A stretch of DNA of 63,357 nt, counting the filler, from Octopus bimaculoides (lineage: Eukaryota), in NCBI RefSeq assembly GCF_001194135.2. It is 5 parts of 4 records of this genome, joined end to end, with 100 filler letters (N's around TTAATTAATTAA, not from the genome) between each part and the next. Parts side by side here need not be neighbours in the genome. Positions count along the whole stretch, not along the records: positions 15,945 to 44,432 come from NC_068982.1; 4 more parts are not named here. One strand, written 5' to 3'. Numbering within the stretch: position 1 is the first letter of the stretch; each line of letters begins with the position of its first letter. Under the pieces are notes generated by a model. The model was not told the DNA's origin and ran no database searches. It saw only the letters and a program-made list of their open reading frames with translations. Positions 25,223 to 38,510 of the stretch are shown here, one piece after another. The translations under genes were made by a program, and so were the position numbers.

Positions 25223-28010
25223 TCTATGTGCATATATTAAAATAAGCATAGAAGAGTTCTATAGAATGAGACTAAACAGCTAGCTTATAATCATGGATGT
25301 TAGTATCAGAAAGCGATTTTCTCCATGTCCAACGTTTAAATGCAAATTGAAACAGGAAATGGAGTTAAATATTAATAGCCACTGAGAAAAACAAAGAATT
25401 ATTTCTGGATAACAATATAGAAACAGTTCACGTAAAAAAAATATACGATAGCAGAATATGATTAAATTAAAACAGTACCAATATCACCGTGATCTTCAAG
25501 TTTCCACCTCATCGGTATGATTGACGTAACATCGAATTTATAAAAGAAATTGAGAGATGAAATCGTGAATATATTAAAATTCTCTAATAAATCTTTTGGT
25601 TACACCAACTTGTTTCATCGTATGTTTCATAGAATTATAAGCGGATAAAACACTGATTACTTTCTATCACTTATCTTTCTTCACCTCAGCATTTCTTCTG
25701 CAAACGTGATATATTATAGGCTACATGGCATACAACTATCAGCGTAAACATCGTTGCTACTTCAAACTGATACCCGTTTGTATAACTTACACATTAATAG
25801 CTATTGATGTGTCACAAAGTGCAATCGAAACGTCCACATGTGCATAATTACTGAAGCATAATTACTCACATTCAAAGTTATATAATCTGCAGTTATTATT
25901 TATTTCTAAACTAACGTATAAATTCGAACGTATCAAGCACCCCCACATATATGCACGTGCAGGCACGCACACATACACGTGCGCATATATATTCAAATTT
26001 ACTTAGAAACTTACTTACTCCACATATATAGACATCTGCTTTTACATTGATGCCTATTTGTACACACATACACACGCACAGACACATACACAGACACACA
26101 CACACATGAATTAAAGTCATATTAACTCTTATACGTACATACTTGTTCATAAATAGCAACGCATATATATTGGATGCGGACGCGTTCAGTATGAGAGATA
26201 AGGTTAACAACCCGGTGCAAATATAATAAAGGATAACCTTAAATGTTTAATTAAAAATATAATGTATTAAACAAATAAATGATATAAAAGACTGAAGGAT
26301 ATAAAAAAGAAAATTGTAATTAAGAAAGAAACATTTTTTTCCTTCTATTATACAAAATTGCTTGAATGATAAATTGAATTTCAAAAGAAGGAATATTGGG
26401 ATTTTGCGTGTTGACGGTGACAGGTTATGAATAAACAAGAACAGACAATGGGATTGTTATTTCATTACTAAATATATTTTTAAAAAAATCACAAATTAAA
26501 GTTTTTCTTTATATAATCGATATTTGATATACGTACATTTCTGTGTGTGTCTGTGTTTTTATGTGTGTATGTGTGTATGTGTGTATGTATATATATNNNN
26601 NNNNNNNNNNNNNNNNNNNNNNNNNNNNNNNNNNNNNNNNNNNNNNNNNNNNNNNNNNNNNNNNNNNNNNNNNNNNNNNNNNNNNNNNNNNNNNNNNNNN
26701 NNNNNNNNNNNNNNNNNNNNNNNNNNNNNNNNNNNNNNNATATATATACACGTATATACATAGTCACACATTTCTTTATATCTGTCTGTCTATCTCTTAG
26801 TCTGCCTATTTCGCCCTATATATATAAGATGTACATTAAATCAATGGTAAAAAAGATAACACAGGATGGAAAATCTTGAAAAATATACTATTATCTTAGT
26901 ATTTAAATGGAAAACGGAATGGGCCTTACCGTTCCAGACGCTAGCAAGTCTGAAGAAATTAGATTGAGCCATACAAGGATTGAGATAATGAAATTTGAGG
27001 GATGAGAAAGTGAGGCAAATAAAACAGACATATTGTTAGAAAGCAGATAGAGACTGTAATTCGAAGGGAAATTTAAAGAGAGAGAGAGAGGAGGTTAATA
27101 TTTATGTATAAATATGCATCTGTGTGCGGAATCGGGCTTAGGAGAGAGTGGTTTATGGCAGATGAATGCTTGCAGGTAAAATGTGCAAATGTGGTTGTAT
27201 GGTGATGTAGTTTAGTGGTGGCTGTGTAGTTTGCTGAATATTTGAAATCATTAAGAACTTCATAAGAAGGTCTGTGTGCGAGGATGTTAACAAGAGGGTG
27301 AGTATAAATGCCAGTGCGGCAAATCAGAATGCAACCCGAATGAATGTCGGGGTTGAGATAGGTTTGTGTGTGTGTGTGTGTGCGCGTGTGTGTTTGTCTG
27401 TGTGCGTACGTGGCGGAAGGCTAATTACTGTTTCTTTCCGGTTATAATTGAGAGACAAATGACTGTCTGTGAAAACCAGGTCAAACAAACACCACAAGAG
27501 AATTTATTAGAACGCAATGGCTAATTGATTTCTTGCTCGATATTACATTTTTCACTGTTGTGCTTTGCTTAATAGCATATGTACTCGCAGTATATATGTA
27601 TACACAATACATTATACACGTAAAGTTAACTTCTTACAGTTTCTACTAAATTCTATACAAACTACACTGGTGAGCCTAAGGCCATGGTAGAAATTGTTTG
27701 TTCATTGTACTGTACAGTGGAATCACAACTACAAGCACTTCGTAGCGAAGCAAATTTGTTAATAATCTAGCCTTATCAGCACATCCACAAACTTAGCCTA
27801 TTAGTAAGCGTTAAGTCCTGCAATTATTTTAAAAACAAAGTTTAGGATGAGTTTAATTTATTGTAATTTTCTAATATACCACTTACGAAATGATAAAATT
27901 TTTCGCTGTGGCATAGCGGTGGAGAGAGTCTACGAGAAGACCAAGTTCGGTGGTAGTGGTGGTAGTGTTGGTGACAAAAATATTCGTAATCAAATATGGA
28001 GCGCTTACAG

Positions 28011-28150
28011 GAGATTCCAACCATAAACACGTACTTACATGAGATTCCAACCATAAACACGTACTTACATGAGATTCCAACCATAAACATGTACTTACAT
28101 GAGATTCCAACCATAAACATGTACTTACATGAGATTCCAACCATAAACAT
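28011..28150. repeat. 30-bp minisatellite GAGATTCCAACCATAAACAYGTACTTACAT x4.7
   Basis: Units at 28011, 28041, 28071, 28101 and 28131; the first two carry CAC, the last three CAT. Confidence 0.97.
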
Positions 28151-31100
28151 TCAATGTTCAGGACGTCTACCGCCTATATAATAAAATCAAAGAATTGAAC
28201 GTATCCGTGGGGAAGAACAATCCGGAACAGAATCTAGCCACACTCGGATGAATATATCTTAACGTACGCTAAAAGAAGTAACGCTGAGTGAGTAATGCTG
28301 GCGGTAGCATTGGCTCTGTTGACGTTTCACTACTACCGTGCCTACCGACGTTATTTCTAAATATGATTGAAAGCAGAGGCGTCCGAGAAGACTTGCAGCT
28401 AGATCGTCTCAAGAAAATTCCCATACGATTTGAATGCACAGCAAGACTCAAATATCCAAGCAGCTGAAAACTTTCTGCCTAAGGGCACCCAGTAGTTATA
28501 ATCTGGATGCGATCCGTCCCTGTTGAAGTGTAAGAAATTAAGAGACAAAACACTTGCCTGAGAAGTTTCTTTTCTGAAGATCTGTCGTTCAGCTACCGAT
28601 AACTTATTGTCCCTAAAGAAGAGATGCAAAAACTATGTTTTTTATCTTGTTTCATAATTTTAACTTGTACATCTGCCGTGGCTTGTCGAACGTTTTCTTT
28701 TTATATAAATGTGTAAGTAACCGTTGCCTTGAATATCTGTATATCTGACCATGAGTATAAGGCTATATTTTTGCGCGTGTCTAAAACAATGATTTCTGTA
28801 TTGACTACTGATAGCGTTCATGTAGTGTATACAAAATCAAAACTAACTTTTAATCAGTGGCGGTTGATTCGTTAAGACAACTACTAGCTGTAATAATGGC
28901 AAGCAGAAAACGCAGACGCCGACACTATTCACAAAGACCTGAGAGAAATTAAGCTCGCCATGTTATCTCAGCGTGACTAATTCAGTGTACAAAATATTGT
29001 ATGTTTCTTTCCTATAGGTATAATTTACTGAAAAGAGAGAAATAAAGTAAGAAATAAGAGGATTATTGAACAAGAATATCGTTTTATCTTGATTTCAGAT
29101 GCAATCCTTAGAAATGCACATCGGAAGAGAAAGAGCCAAGAAACTGACACTGCACAGCAGTAACAGAACGAACAAATATAAACAATTCAAATTTTGTCTG
29201 CGGCAAATAAAGTCTTGCGTATAGTTTTACAATCTTATGCCACCAGGATGACGACCTTCATCACTTACCTACCATCAATTTAATGACATCGACAATTAGT
29301 TCGTTTCACTTACAGACAGGGAAAGAACAGTTCAATAAACAACTCCACGGATTTATTATGACATTGTAATAAAGTAACAGAGAGTGCCATTTGAGTACTG
29401 GTCAGTTACATTTACTTGCCAAATTTTAGATTTCACGTGATTGACTATCACTGACAGAAATGTATGTCTGCATCACTCGTAACCTAATAAAGGCGAAGTA
29501 ATTTCATTTATGAGCAATAAATGAACGAATGAATAAATAAATAAAATAAATGAAATAGCAAAAGAAAGAGAAAAAGAAAATACAAAAAAAATTATTGATT
29601 TCTTTCATTTGCCACAGGGGCATAATAAGACATAAATAACGTAAAGAAATAAATCTGTAGAAGAAGGAAATGTCCATTGCAACTTGATAACCAAGAAGCA
29701 GTCATCAAAAGCTTGCAGCTACTCTTGATTAAATTGATTGTTAGATAATAAAGCGTATTATTTGAATGTAAGAGTAAAGTGGCGTTTCGGGGATTTCTTA
29801 ACTGTCAAATAAAATATGAAGAAAGTTAAAAGTACAACACAATATCATCAAATAAAATTTAGTGTCTAGTAAAATGTAATTATATTTCAGAAATATGGAA
29901 ATATTGGAGTTAAACAACAAAACTTCGAATGTTGAATAAGAAATCATAATACTTCAATGAATTTTCTACTTTTTTTCTTTTTCGTCACTTCTCGAGAACT
30001 TGCCACTTTTATACTTGAACTTATTAGACGTTCAGTTTGCATTCAACCAATCCTTTCAGTGCATATTATGTCGTGTAATATTTTATTTTCCTATCACATG
30101 CATCGTGATCAAATTTCCCGTTTAACACAGGCAGTTTTGTCATCAACAGACGAATGATGGTCTTCATAGAACTGACTAGCTTGAATTTGTGTGTATTTAT
30201 GTCTAAGTTGTCGAACTTGCATCTATTTGTAAGGCGGTAGAGACTATTTTGTGGGAATATTGGGTTGTAGATTCGAACAGGTACACCGTTTACATAGCGG
30301 CTACGTTGTAGTTTCTCACCTTCAGATGCACATTCAGATCTTTAGCTAAGTAGATCTCCTGCAGCTTTAAAAATACACTACTTTTACATGGCCACGATTG
30401 CTTACATTGGCTGGTTATGCTTCGAATGCTATAAACGTCAATACACAGGTGAACATAACAATTTCAGTGTGTGGAATACTCCGAACTGGTTTCTATTGCA
30501 TAAAATAACAACACATAAAAATGCTCTCGTACATGGCTCGGTTATACGAATTTATAGTCACCCACAAAAAGTGTGCGAATAAATATTCACTGTTAGGAAA
30601 TAAGCATCGAGAAATAATTATCATTAGCATCAAATTGTTTCCGAGTTACTAAATGCTTCATCCAAAACGTGAAAAAGGATTAAAATGTATACATTGAATG
30701 AAAAGTTAAACAAAATATTAGTTTTACAGTTACGATTTAAAAAAATTAAATAAATAATTAGATGCTCCAACGTATATATTTCACTGTAATTTAACAGTAA
30801 CGTACGTGAAAATTTTGACATTTTTGTCTAGGAAATTATTAAATTTATCGTTTGAAAGTGCAATGCATTACATTCTATATTAGATCTTGATGTTTACATG
30901 TAAAATGCATTTTAAACGGCGTTTCTTTTATTTGATCATAAACTTATCATTACTATGTGGAACCCCTTCGGAAATATTTGCTGTTTCTCTTTGTCCAGCT
31001 TAAGTCCCCAGAAACACACACATACACAAACAAAAAAAAAACAAACAAACAATTAAATACACACATATATACTTATATATATATATATTAATTTCTCCAT

Positions 31101-31201
31101 GTATAGATACATATGTACGTACATACATACGTACGTACATACATACATATATGCAAACTGGAAGATTTATATAATTTATAAAGATATGCATTCATGCATA
31201 C

Positions 31202-31316
<115 letters not shown>

Positions 31317-31634
31317 ATGTGAATTCTTGTGTTGAAACAATTTTTTTCTCTGTCTAGGGAGAGTCATTATGCCAATATAATTAACACACACACTGGTTCA
31401 ACTACACTATTTTTCTTTATTATTAGACAATTTGTTAAAATTTCGCTAATTTGTTCTGTTTTTGTTTGTCAAATCTCTTTCACCGGTGCATGCAACATTT
31501 TCAATAAGCATATATGCATACATATTTATATATATATATGTGTGCGTGAGTGTGTGACTGCGTGTGTCTGTGTGTTTGCGCGTGTGTCTGTGTGTATGAG
31601 TGTCTGCCTATGTTTTCGTACGTGTACGTACATA

Positions 31635-32520
31635 CGAGGTTGTACCCCAAAGAAACTGACATTTTGCAATATTATTTAATTCACATGTTTACAGCTTTAT
31701 CGCCTTCAAACTATTTCACCATTTGAAACAATGGATCAGTCCTCACATGTTTTCCACTGTCCGAAGAGTTTCTGGAACTGTTGTGGAGTGATGCCTTTTA
31801 ACTCCTCCGTCATTTTTTTTCTCCTGCACCTCTTCCACAGTTGGAAACGCTGTAGTAACAGCTTTCGTCGCCAGTGATAAACCTTGAAAAGTGGCCTGGA
31901 TAAACTTCCAACTATTCTTTCAGTATACGACACGCATTCAGTCGTGAATGCTTTTGATCGTCCGTTAACAAGCAAGGCATAAATTTTGCTGCAACTCTTT
32001 TCATTCACACCTCCTCGCTCAGAATTCGTTCGCAGGAGCTCTAGAACACACCAGTCATATCAACGCGTTCGTCAATTATTCGGTGACCGTCCTTCAAGAT
32101 TAGTTCATGAATTTTCATGATCACTTCATTCATTCGGGAGGTCGACAGTCACCCTGAATGACGTTGGTCTTCAAGCGACAAATGAGCATTCCTAGAGCAT
32201 AAAAACCACTCGTAAACTTGTATTTTACTCATGGCTGTGTCCTAAGTTATTTCAGGCATGACAACTTTTACGGCATTGTTTCCCCAGCAGAAAACAGAAT
32301 TTCACACAATTATGCTGTTCTTTCGTTTAAGCCATCTCAACAGTCGACGAGCAGGGGAGAAGCACTGCAAAACAAAGATGCACCACGTAGCACAGCACCA
32401 CACCAGGAAACAATGCCGGTCGGCAGACTGATGCCTAAGGATTATATCAAGTGGATTCCAGCGGCGAAAGCGTGTAACATCGGGCTTGTCTCCCAAAGAA
32501 CTTTTCCGGTTACGCTCTCG
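31635..32520 (-). mobile_element. internally deleted non-autonomous mariner, copy 2
   Basis: TACGAGGTTGTACCCCAAAG TIR; colinear with 2045-2888 across the same deletion junction. Confidence 0.85.
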
Positions 32521-34075
32521 GACATGCATATATATATATATATATATATATATGCATACACACGCACGCACGTACACACACAAATACACACACACACACA
32601 CACACGCATATATACAGAAAAAAGGACTAATGAGTGCAGTTTGAAATTATGTACTTTTATGCGTCCATCAGAGCAATTTAAAACGATTAAATATGGAAAC
32701 CACATCTAAAATGCAATTCATAGTTTGTCAAAAGTTGCTATCTTTATTAAATTGCTTAAGGATATCGTTGATCTGGCAGGATGTCACACCGATATATATG
32801 TATCTTACGAAAAATATTTTCAGAGAAATGTTTGCTCTCTTATTTTTTACAGTTCATAGTCTGACATTTGTAGACAATGGGGCAGTTTGGCAAGGCAACG
32901 CGCTCTTTGTTACACCGGTTATACGCTAATTGTGTACCGAAAATTCGGAACTGCAACACATTGCTAATATGTCGTGCAGGACAGCTCGGCCAGACCCGAA
33001 TGCTTTGCTAACAATACTTATCAATATGTTGAATGTAAGAAGAAATAATATCACTGATATGTATAACAAACTGAAGTGAATGTGGCTGCCTTATGTCATG
33101 TTATCTTATATACCTTGTAGTGAAAACATTCTAGGAGTTTATATTTAGAATAGAATTAAGCTCAACAGCGACCGTGTTTCTTACAGTTAAATGTAGAAGG
33201 GATAGTAATTATGATGCAACAATGCACCGTATACCTTCCTATTCTTTCATTCGTTTGCAATGTCGGATTACTTTCCTTCTGTCAGATCATTAGTTTCTTG
33301 AATATGAGCCTCTTTTCAATTATAAATCTCATTTCCATGTTCTCCATTACAAACAAATAAATTTTGTATATTCTGAAAGTAAAGGTATTAGTATAGTTTT
33401 CATAAACATTGAATTCACAAATTACCAGTGAAACTATATTTCGAAATGAACACTAATATAATTCCAAACAATGAGGGATATTAATATAATATCTTAATAT
33501 CATTTCCGTGTGAGAAAATCGGAAACATAATCATTATCGAATGATAATACCCACCAAGTTCATTTAGGCTTGGAATGTTTTCATGGTATTCTACGATGCT
33601 ATGATAGTTTTTATTGTTTTAATACACGTTTATCCATGAATTAGAATTCTATCATGTTTCGAATTTCAAATGATTTTCTTGTTTATTACCGTGTATGCAG
33701 CACTCGAAAGTGATTGTTATGTGACAGTAATATTTGACTCTATCAATCCAACATAAAATATTTGTCGTGACAAATGCCAATGTATAAGAAGGGGGATAGA
33801 TATATTGGTGGGCGTGTGTGTGTGCGTACGTCTGCATGCGCATGTTTTTCAGTTTAGTGTGGACAATTAGAACTACCATAAACCAAAAACATTTTCTATA
33901 TCAGAGCCATCTAAATATTAATGTCTATAAAGATATTGCATATAGCTGTAATTATTTTCAGTTAGAGATTTATTTATTTTCATGCGAACTTATTTCCATT
34001 TTGTTTTTGTTTTTTTTTAATTTTAAATGCATTCAAGTGCTGAAATATATAATAATACAGGTTAATATCTTTCTC

Positions 34076-34129
<54 letters not shown>

Positions 34130-34284
34130 CTATTACATATTTGTATATTTCAAAATATGTACAACTATATCTCGCTATTTAGGAAATTAAATCCCTTAGA
34201 TATGAATTGGAAACTTTCATATAACATTATTATAGACGTGAAATTTGTAGCAATTTTTAGATTTCAGAAGACAACAGAAGATAT

Positions 34285-34458
34285 AGTACTCTTAATGCAA
34301 AGTATTATGCCAACAAGCTGATGCAGTTACGAAATGCATTGAAAATCAAACCCCCAAGAAAGCTGACGAAATAAGGTTTGTTTCATCACGACAATGCTCC
34401 AGCACACAAATCCTTGGTTTCACTGGCAGCTGTGCATGACTGTGAATTTGAACCAGTT
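34285..34458 (+). mobile_element. mariner transposase fragment
   Basis: TLNAKYYANKLMQLRNALKIK...LFHHDNAPAHKSLVSLAAVHDCEFE. Confidence 0.85.
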
Positions 34459-35517
34459 ATAATGTTAGCAACATCTTCATAAAGTGCTAAAACCTTGAGG
34501 AAAATTGTATTCTAGTGTGATTTATCTGTATACTATTTTACCAAGATGCTACACAGCGACATGAATCTTATTCTTTATGGAAAAAAAAATTAGATGTTAC
34601 GGAGAATTTATTTTATCAAAACATGTGAATTGTACGAAGTGATATCAAAACCATGACACACTAGTTTTGTAGCTCGCCAACAGATGGCAGCATACAGATG
34701 CGTGTGTTATGAGGGTTAGAAGTGACCTTCATGTGGCAATGTGCCGAGTGATATCACTGTTTACTTTGCAAGTTGTGAAACTTGTGTTTTTATAATCACG
34801 TTTATCCTATAGTATGCAATATTGTCAGAACAAAGAGCCAACATGTAAGTTTGCGTGAAACTTGGGAAGTCTGCTGCAGAAACATTGAACATGCTTCGAA
34901 CAGCTTACGGTGGCAAAGCAATGGCTCGTACTCAATATTTCGAGTGACACGGGTACTATAGAAGGGGGAAAACGTTGGTGAAAGATGATGAGCGATCAGG
35001 AAGCCTTGCCACGAGTGCTACGCCTGAAAATGTAGTATTGTATATAGAGAATAAGTCTCCCAGGGGCAGACTGTCAATCCAGAGTTCTACAGCGATGTTT
35101 TGAAGTGCAAGTAACCGGACGTGTGGAGCGTGAAGTATTGGATTCTTCACTAAGCTCTCCTCACTCGTGACTTTCTTATCAAAATCAACATAGTATCTCT
35201 TCTGCACCCACCCTATTCACCAGATTTTGCCCCTGCGGAATTCTATATCTTCCCCATGATGCAAATGGAACTCAAATATCACCATTTTAACAGCATTTTC
35301 GAGATCAAAGGCGAATCGCAGAAGGTCCTCAACTCGCTTACGGAAAACGATTTCCAGGCCGGATTCCAAAAGTGGTAGGAACGCTGTCAGCGGTGTATTG
35401 GTGCGCAAGACGACAATTTCGGTGGAGAAGATGCTAAAACTTAGGTAAATATGTTATTTTTACATTATTTACATTATTTACATTTGACGAAAATTTGTCC
35501 TCATCTTGTTTGTTGTT

Positions 35518-35563
35518 AACACAACGTTTCGGCTGATATACCCTCCAGCCTTCATCAGGTGTC
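35518..35563 (-). ncRNA. minimal type I hammerhead ribozyme motif, core intact
   Basis: GACAC-CTGATGA-A-GGCTG gagggtatat CAGCC-GAAAC-GTT-GTGTT. Stem I is GACAC/GUGUU, stem II 5 bp, stem III a loopless ACGU palindrome, predicted cut after GUU. Confidence 0.7.
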
Positions 35564-35616
35564 TTGGGGGAAATTTCGAACCTAGTTTCTCCTTCCCAGG
35601 TTCGAAATATCCCCAA

Positions 35617-35662
35617 GATACCTGATGAAGGCTGGAGGGTATATCAGCCGAAAAGTTGTGTT
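35617..35662 (+). ncRNA. minimal hammerhead motif, mutated copy
   Basis: GATAC-CTGATGA-A-GGCTG..CAGCC-GAAAA-GTT-GTGTT; C-to-A at 35654 breaks the ACGU palindrome. Confidence 0.55.
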
Positions 35663-35857
35663 AACAAGATGAGGACAAATATCCGTCATATGTAAATAAT
35701 GTACATAATTCCTCATCTCTTAAATATAAAATGTTATTTTTAATTAATAACCAGTCTTTTTAATTAATAACTAGTCCAGGTATCTTTGGATACCAAGTCG
35801 TGTATATACATAAGTAAAACTAATTTAAAATGTAACTAATATTATTCACATATATCT

Positions 35858-36305
35858 AAGGCGGTGGTCTGACGGAATGGTTACCACGCTGGGCGAAATT
35901 CTTAGCGGCATTTTATCCGTATTTATGTCCTGATTTCAAATTCCGCCGAGATTGATTTGCTTTTCATCCTTTCGGGGTCGGTACTATGGGTAGCGATTGA
36001 GTACAGTGATTTACGTAATTGATTTACACCCTTACCAACAATTTCTGCCTTCGTAACAAAAATTTGAAATTATTATTATTGATGAATTTAAGGTAGTGAG
36101 CTGGCATAATCGCTCGCGCGCAGGGCAAATTGTTTAGTAGCACTTCGTTGTTTCGTTCTGAATTCAAACTCCGCCGAGGTGAACATAGCTTTTCATCTTT
36201 TCGGAGTCTATGAAATAACTACCAGTTAAACATTGAGCTTGATGTAATCAACTTAGCCCCTCCCAATACCTGCTGGCCGTGCGCCAAAATTTCAAACCAG
36301 CATTA
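35858..36305 (+). mobile_element. two SINE family A copies head-to-tail
   Basis: 35858-~36080 ends in TATTATTATT; a second head starts at ~36090; both carry the TTTTCATC(C/T)TTTCGG domain. Confidence 0.8.
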
Positions 36306-37014
36306 TTCATGTATTTCTCGAAGATGTAGTATTGTGTATAGTATTAGCCAGAAGTACCGAATCAATTATAACATATAAATTACCTAAAACTGACGAGCAG
36401 AATGAAATCTGAAAATTAGAAACATGCATTCGTAAAAGGGAACGCTCATTCGATTCGATTTCACAGAAGAGCGAATATTAAATACCAATGTTAAATGAAA
36501 AAATATCAGTTATAAAATGGAAGATATAAATATAATGGGTAAATATAAACTAAGAGTAGAAATAATAAAATAGAAATAACATACTAGGTATACATGTGGT
36601 TATCAAACCAGGTATACATTTTAGCTGCTGCAACTTAAGAAAGTGGAATTTATAGGAATAGTAAAATGTAGGGGAAGGATATACAGGAAATTTTTAACAT
36701 ATACCGAAGACATATATAGCAAGATGTAATACAATAAACGCCTACGAAAAAAATCATGAGAGTGAGACAAATACTTTTTAGCAGCAAAAGAGAATGAGAT
36801 AAGTAAAATAAGGAAACGCAAAAAAGAAAAACCTTTCTATAATATATAAGATATAACTGGAAAATAACTACACTAAAAAAGATGATTTGTACAAAGCAAC
36901 AAGTTTTAATATATAAAACAAAAGTAAATATATTCAATAAAGTAACAAATAAAAATTCTACATCATGGATAATATCCTTCAAACACGACAGATAGGAAGT
37001 ATTCTGGAGAGCAA

Positions 37015-37400
37015 GCCGTTAATGGCTGCTAAGCTGTGGGCTAAAATATAAAACAAGATCCAATTTTAGATTCACAGTGTCAATTCTTAGCCATAGCCAA
37101 CGACAGAAATAAATGAACGGAATAAGACGTTTAGCTTATATGCAAATATTTCAACCGAGCGGGTGGAAAACATCATTTCCGGATTCTCGGTTCTTGCCAA
37201 ACCTGAATATATGCAGACGTTATCAAAACAGTAGGCATATTCAATCCTTCAATACAGTCTTCGACACTAAGACGGATGAGGAATGTTATAACTATCTACC
37301 ACCTCCCAATCAACTTGAATACAGCTATAGAGACTGACTAAAAACAGAAGATGTCAAATCATATAATAATAAAATGCTGGGACAAAAAGTAAGTATAATC
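37015..37400 (+). mobile_element. ancient R4/Dong-like fragment
   Basis: WLLSCGLKYKT (compare WLRSSG.KAET) and VENIISGFSVLAKPEY (compare the knuckle I.SGCPVLA..EY in the 18034 copy). Confidence 0.55.
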
Positions 37401-37982
37401 AGATGAATATCTCAAACTTTTTGGACAGGAAAATTGGCTTAGAGGTTGTCTAGTAACTCTTAACGGACAAGTGTACCATATTTGAAATAGACGGGATATG
37501 GGGCATGTAATTACAAGCAATGATATGGAGAAATAGCATGTGGACAAAATTTGGAATCATTACTTGGTCTTACACATTTACATGGGTTTCGTATTAGAAG
37601 ACCAAATCCTGTACAAAGTGCTTCTATTTTGTAGTACAACTCAAAGAGTAAACGTTAATCTGGGAAGAAACTACCCACATATTAACACAATTGACACAAC
37701 TCTGTTCAATCCGATTAGAATATAAAGCAATCACACATGATAAAACAACATAAAATATATCGATAATATATAACCAAAGCACATAATATATTCTGCAGAA
37801 CAATGAATAAAACAACAGAAATGAAACACAGATGCAGTTTACAAACGTGGTACGGCATCCGCGAAAGAAACACGGTGCTTGTTGTTGTTGAAAGGATCGA
37901 TCAGAATTGTCACTTTAAATGACTGAGGCTTTCCGTTCTCTGTCTCTATCACGCCCCTCCTTTTCTCTACGGGTAACAGAAT

Positions 37983-38258
37983 GAGGTGCGTGGCTCAGTA
38001 GTTAGGAGTACTCAGCCCACGATCATTAGGTCGTGAGTACGATTCCCGGTGGTGTGCTGTGTTCATTAGCTGTACTTCACTTGCTGCAGTTCACTCAGAT
38101 GGCAAAACACATTTTGTGTGAGGCTGAATCTTCCTGAGAACTACGTTATGGTATGCATGTCTGTTGACTACGCAACCACTTGCGCGTTAATTTTACGAGT
38201 AGACTTTTCCATTGATCAGATAAAAAGGAACCTCGTCGTCGCAACGGATGGAGTGCCA
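37983..38258 (+). mobile_element. tRNA-derived SINE family D
   Basis: A-box TGGCTCAGTAG (37991), B-box-like GAGTACGATTCC (38035); body repeated at 38355-38510. Confidence 0.8.
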
Positions 38259-38354
38259 TTTTGTAAAAAGAGTGAAAGAAAAGTTTTTAAAAAGTTTTTC
38301 CTGTCCCTATATAAGATTTGTTTTCGTTTTCTTCCAAACATTTGAAGGTCTATT

Positions 38355-38510
38355 TTGCTCCAGTCCACTCATCTGGTCAAAATGAGTTGTAGCTCTAAAT
38401 GAAAGGGGCCAGTCTTGTCTTATTCTGTGTGACGCTGAATCTGCCTGAGAACCTTGTTAATGGTATGTATGCTTGTGAAGTACTCAGCCACTTGCGAGTT
38501 AATTTTATCC
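38355..38510 (+). mobile_element. SINE family D partial copy
   Basis: CAGTCCACTCA...GCTGAATCTGCCTGAGAAC...CAGCCACTTGCG matches 38089-38205. Confidence 0.75.

Larger units (their letters stand above)
35463..35730. mobile_element. Penelope-type inverted repeat pair with 12-bp flanking duplication
   Basis: Arms ~35465-35583 and 35598-~35708, 14-nt spacer; ATGTTATTTTTA at 35451-35462 and 35731-35742. Confidence 0.8.
34635..35800 (+). mobile_element. internally deleted mariner with both degenerate TIRs, interrupted near its 3' end
   Basis: EQRAN..CVKLGKSAAET, DDERSG, HPPYSPDFAPAEF, W*ERCQRCI; left TIR CGAAGTGATATCAAAA versus right TTTGGATACCAAGTCG. Confidence 0.85.

Noticed and set aside
6566-28150. 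Regular 17-bp and 30-bp repeats as possible CRISPR arrays
   Set aside because: No unique spacers, eukaryotic context, no cas genes; these are simple tandem repeats.
37983-38050. A/B-box sequence as a tRNA gene (also the heads at 56515 and 61435)
   Set aside because: No full cloverleaf; it continues into a repeated SINE body.
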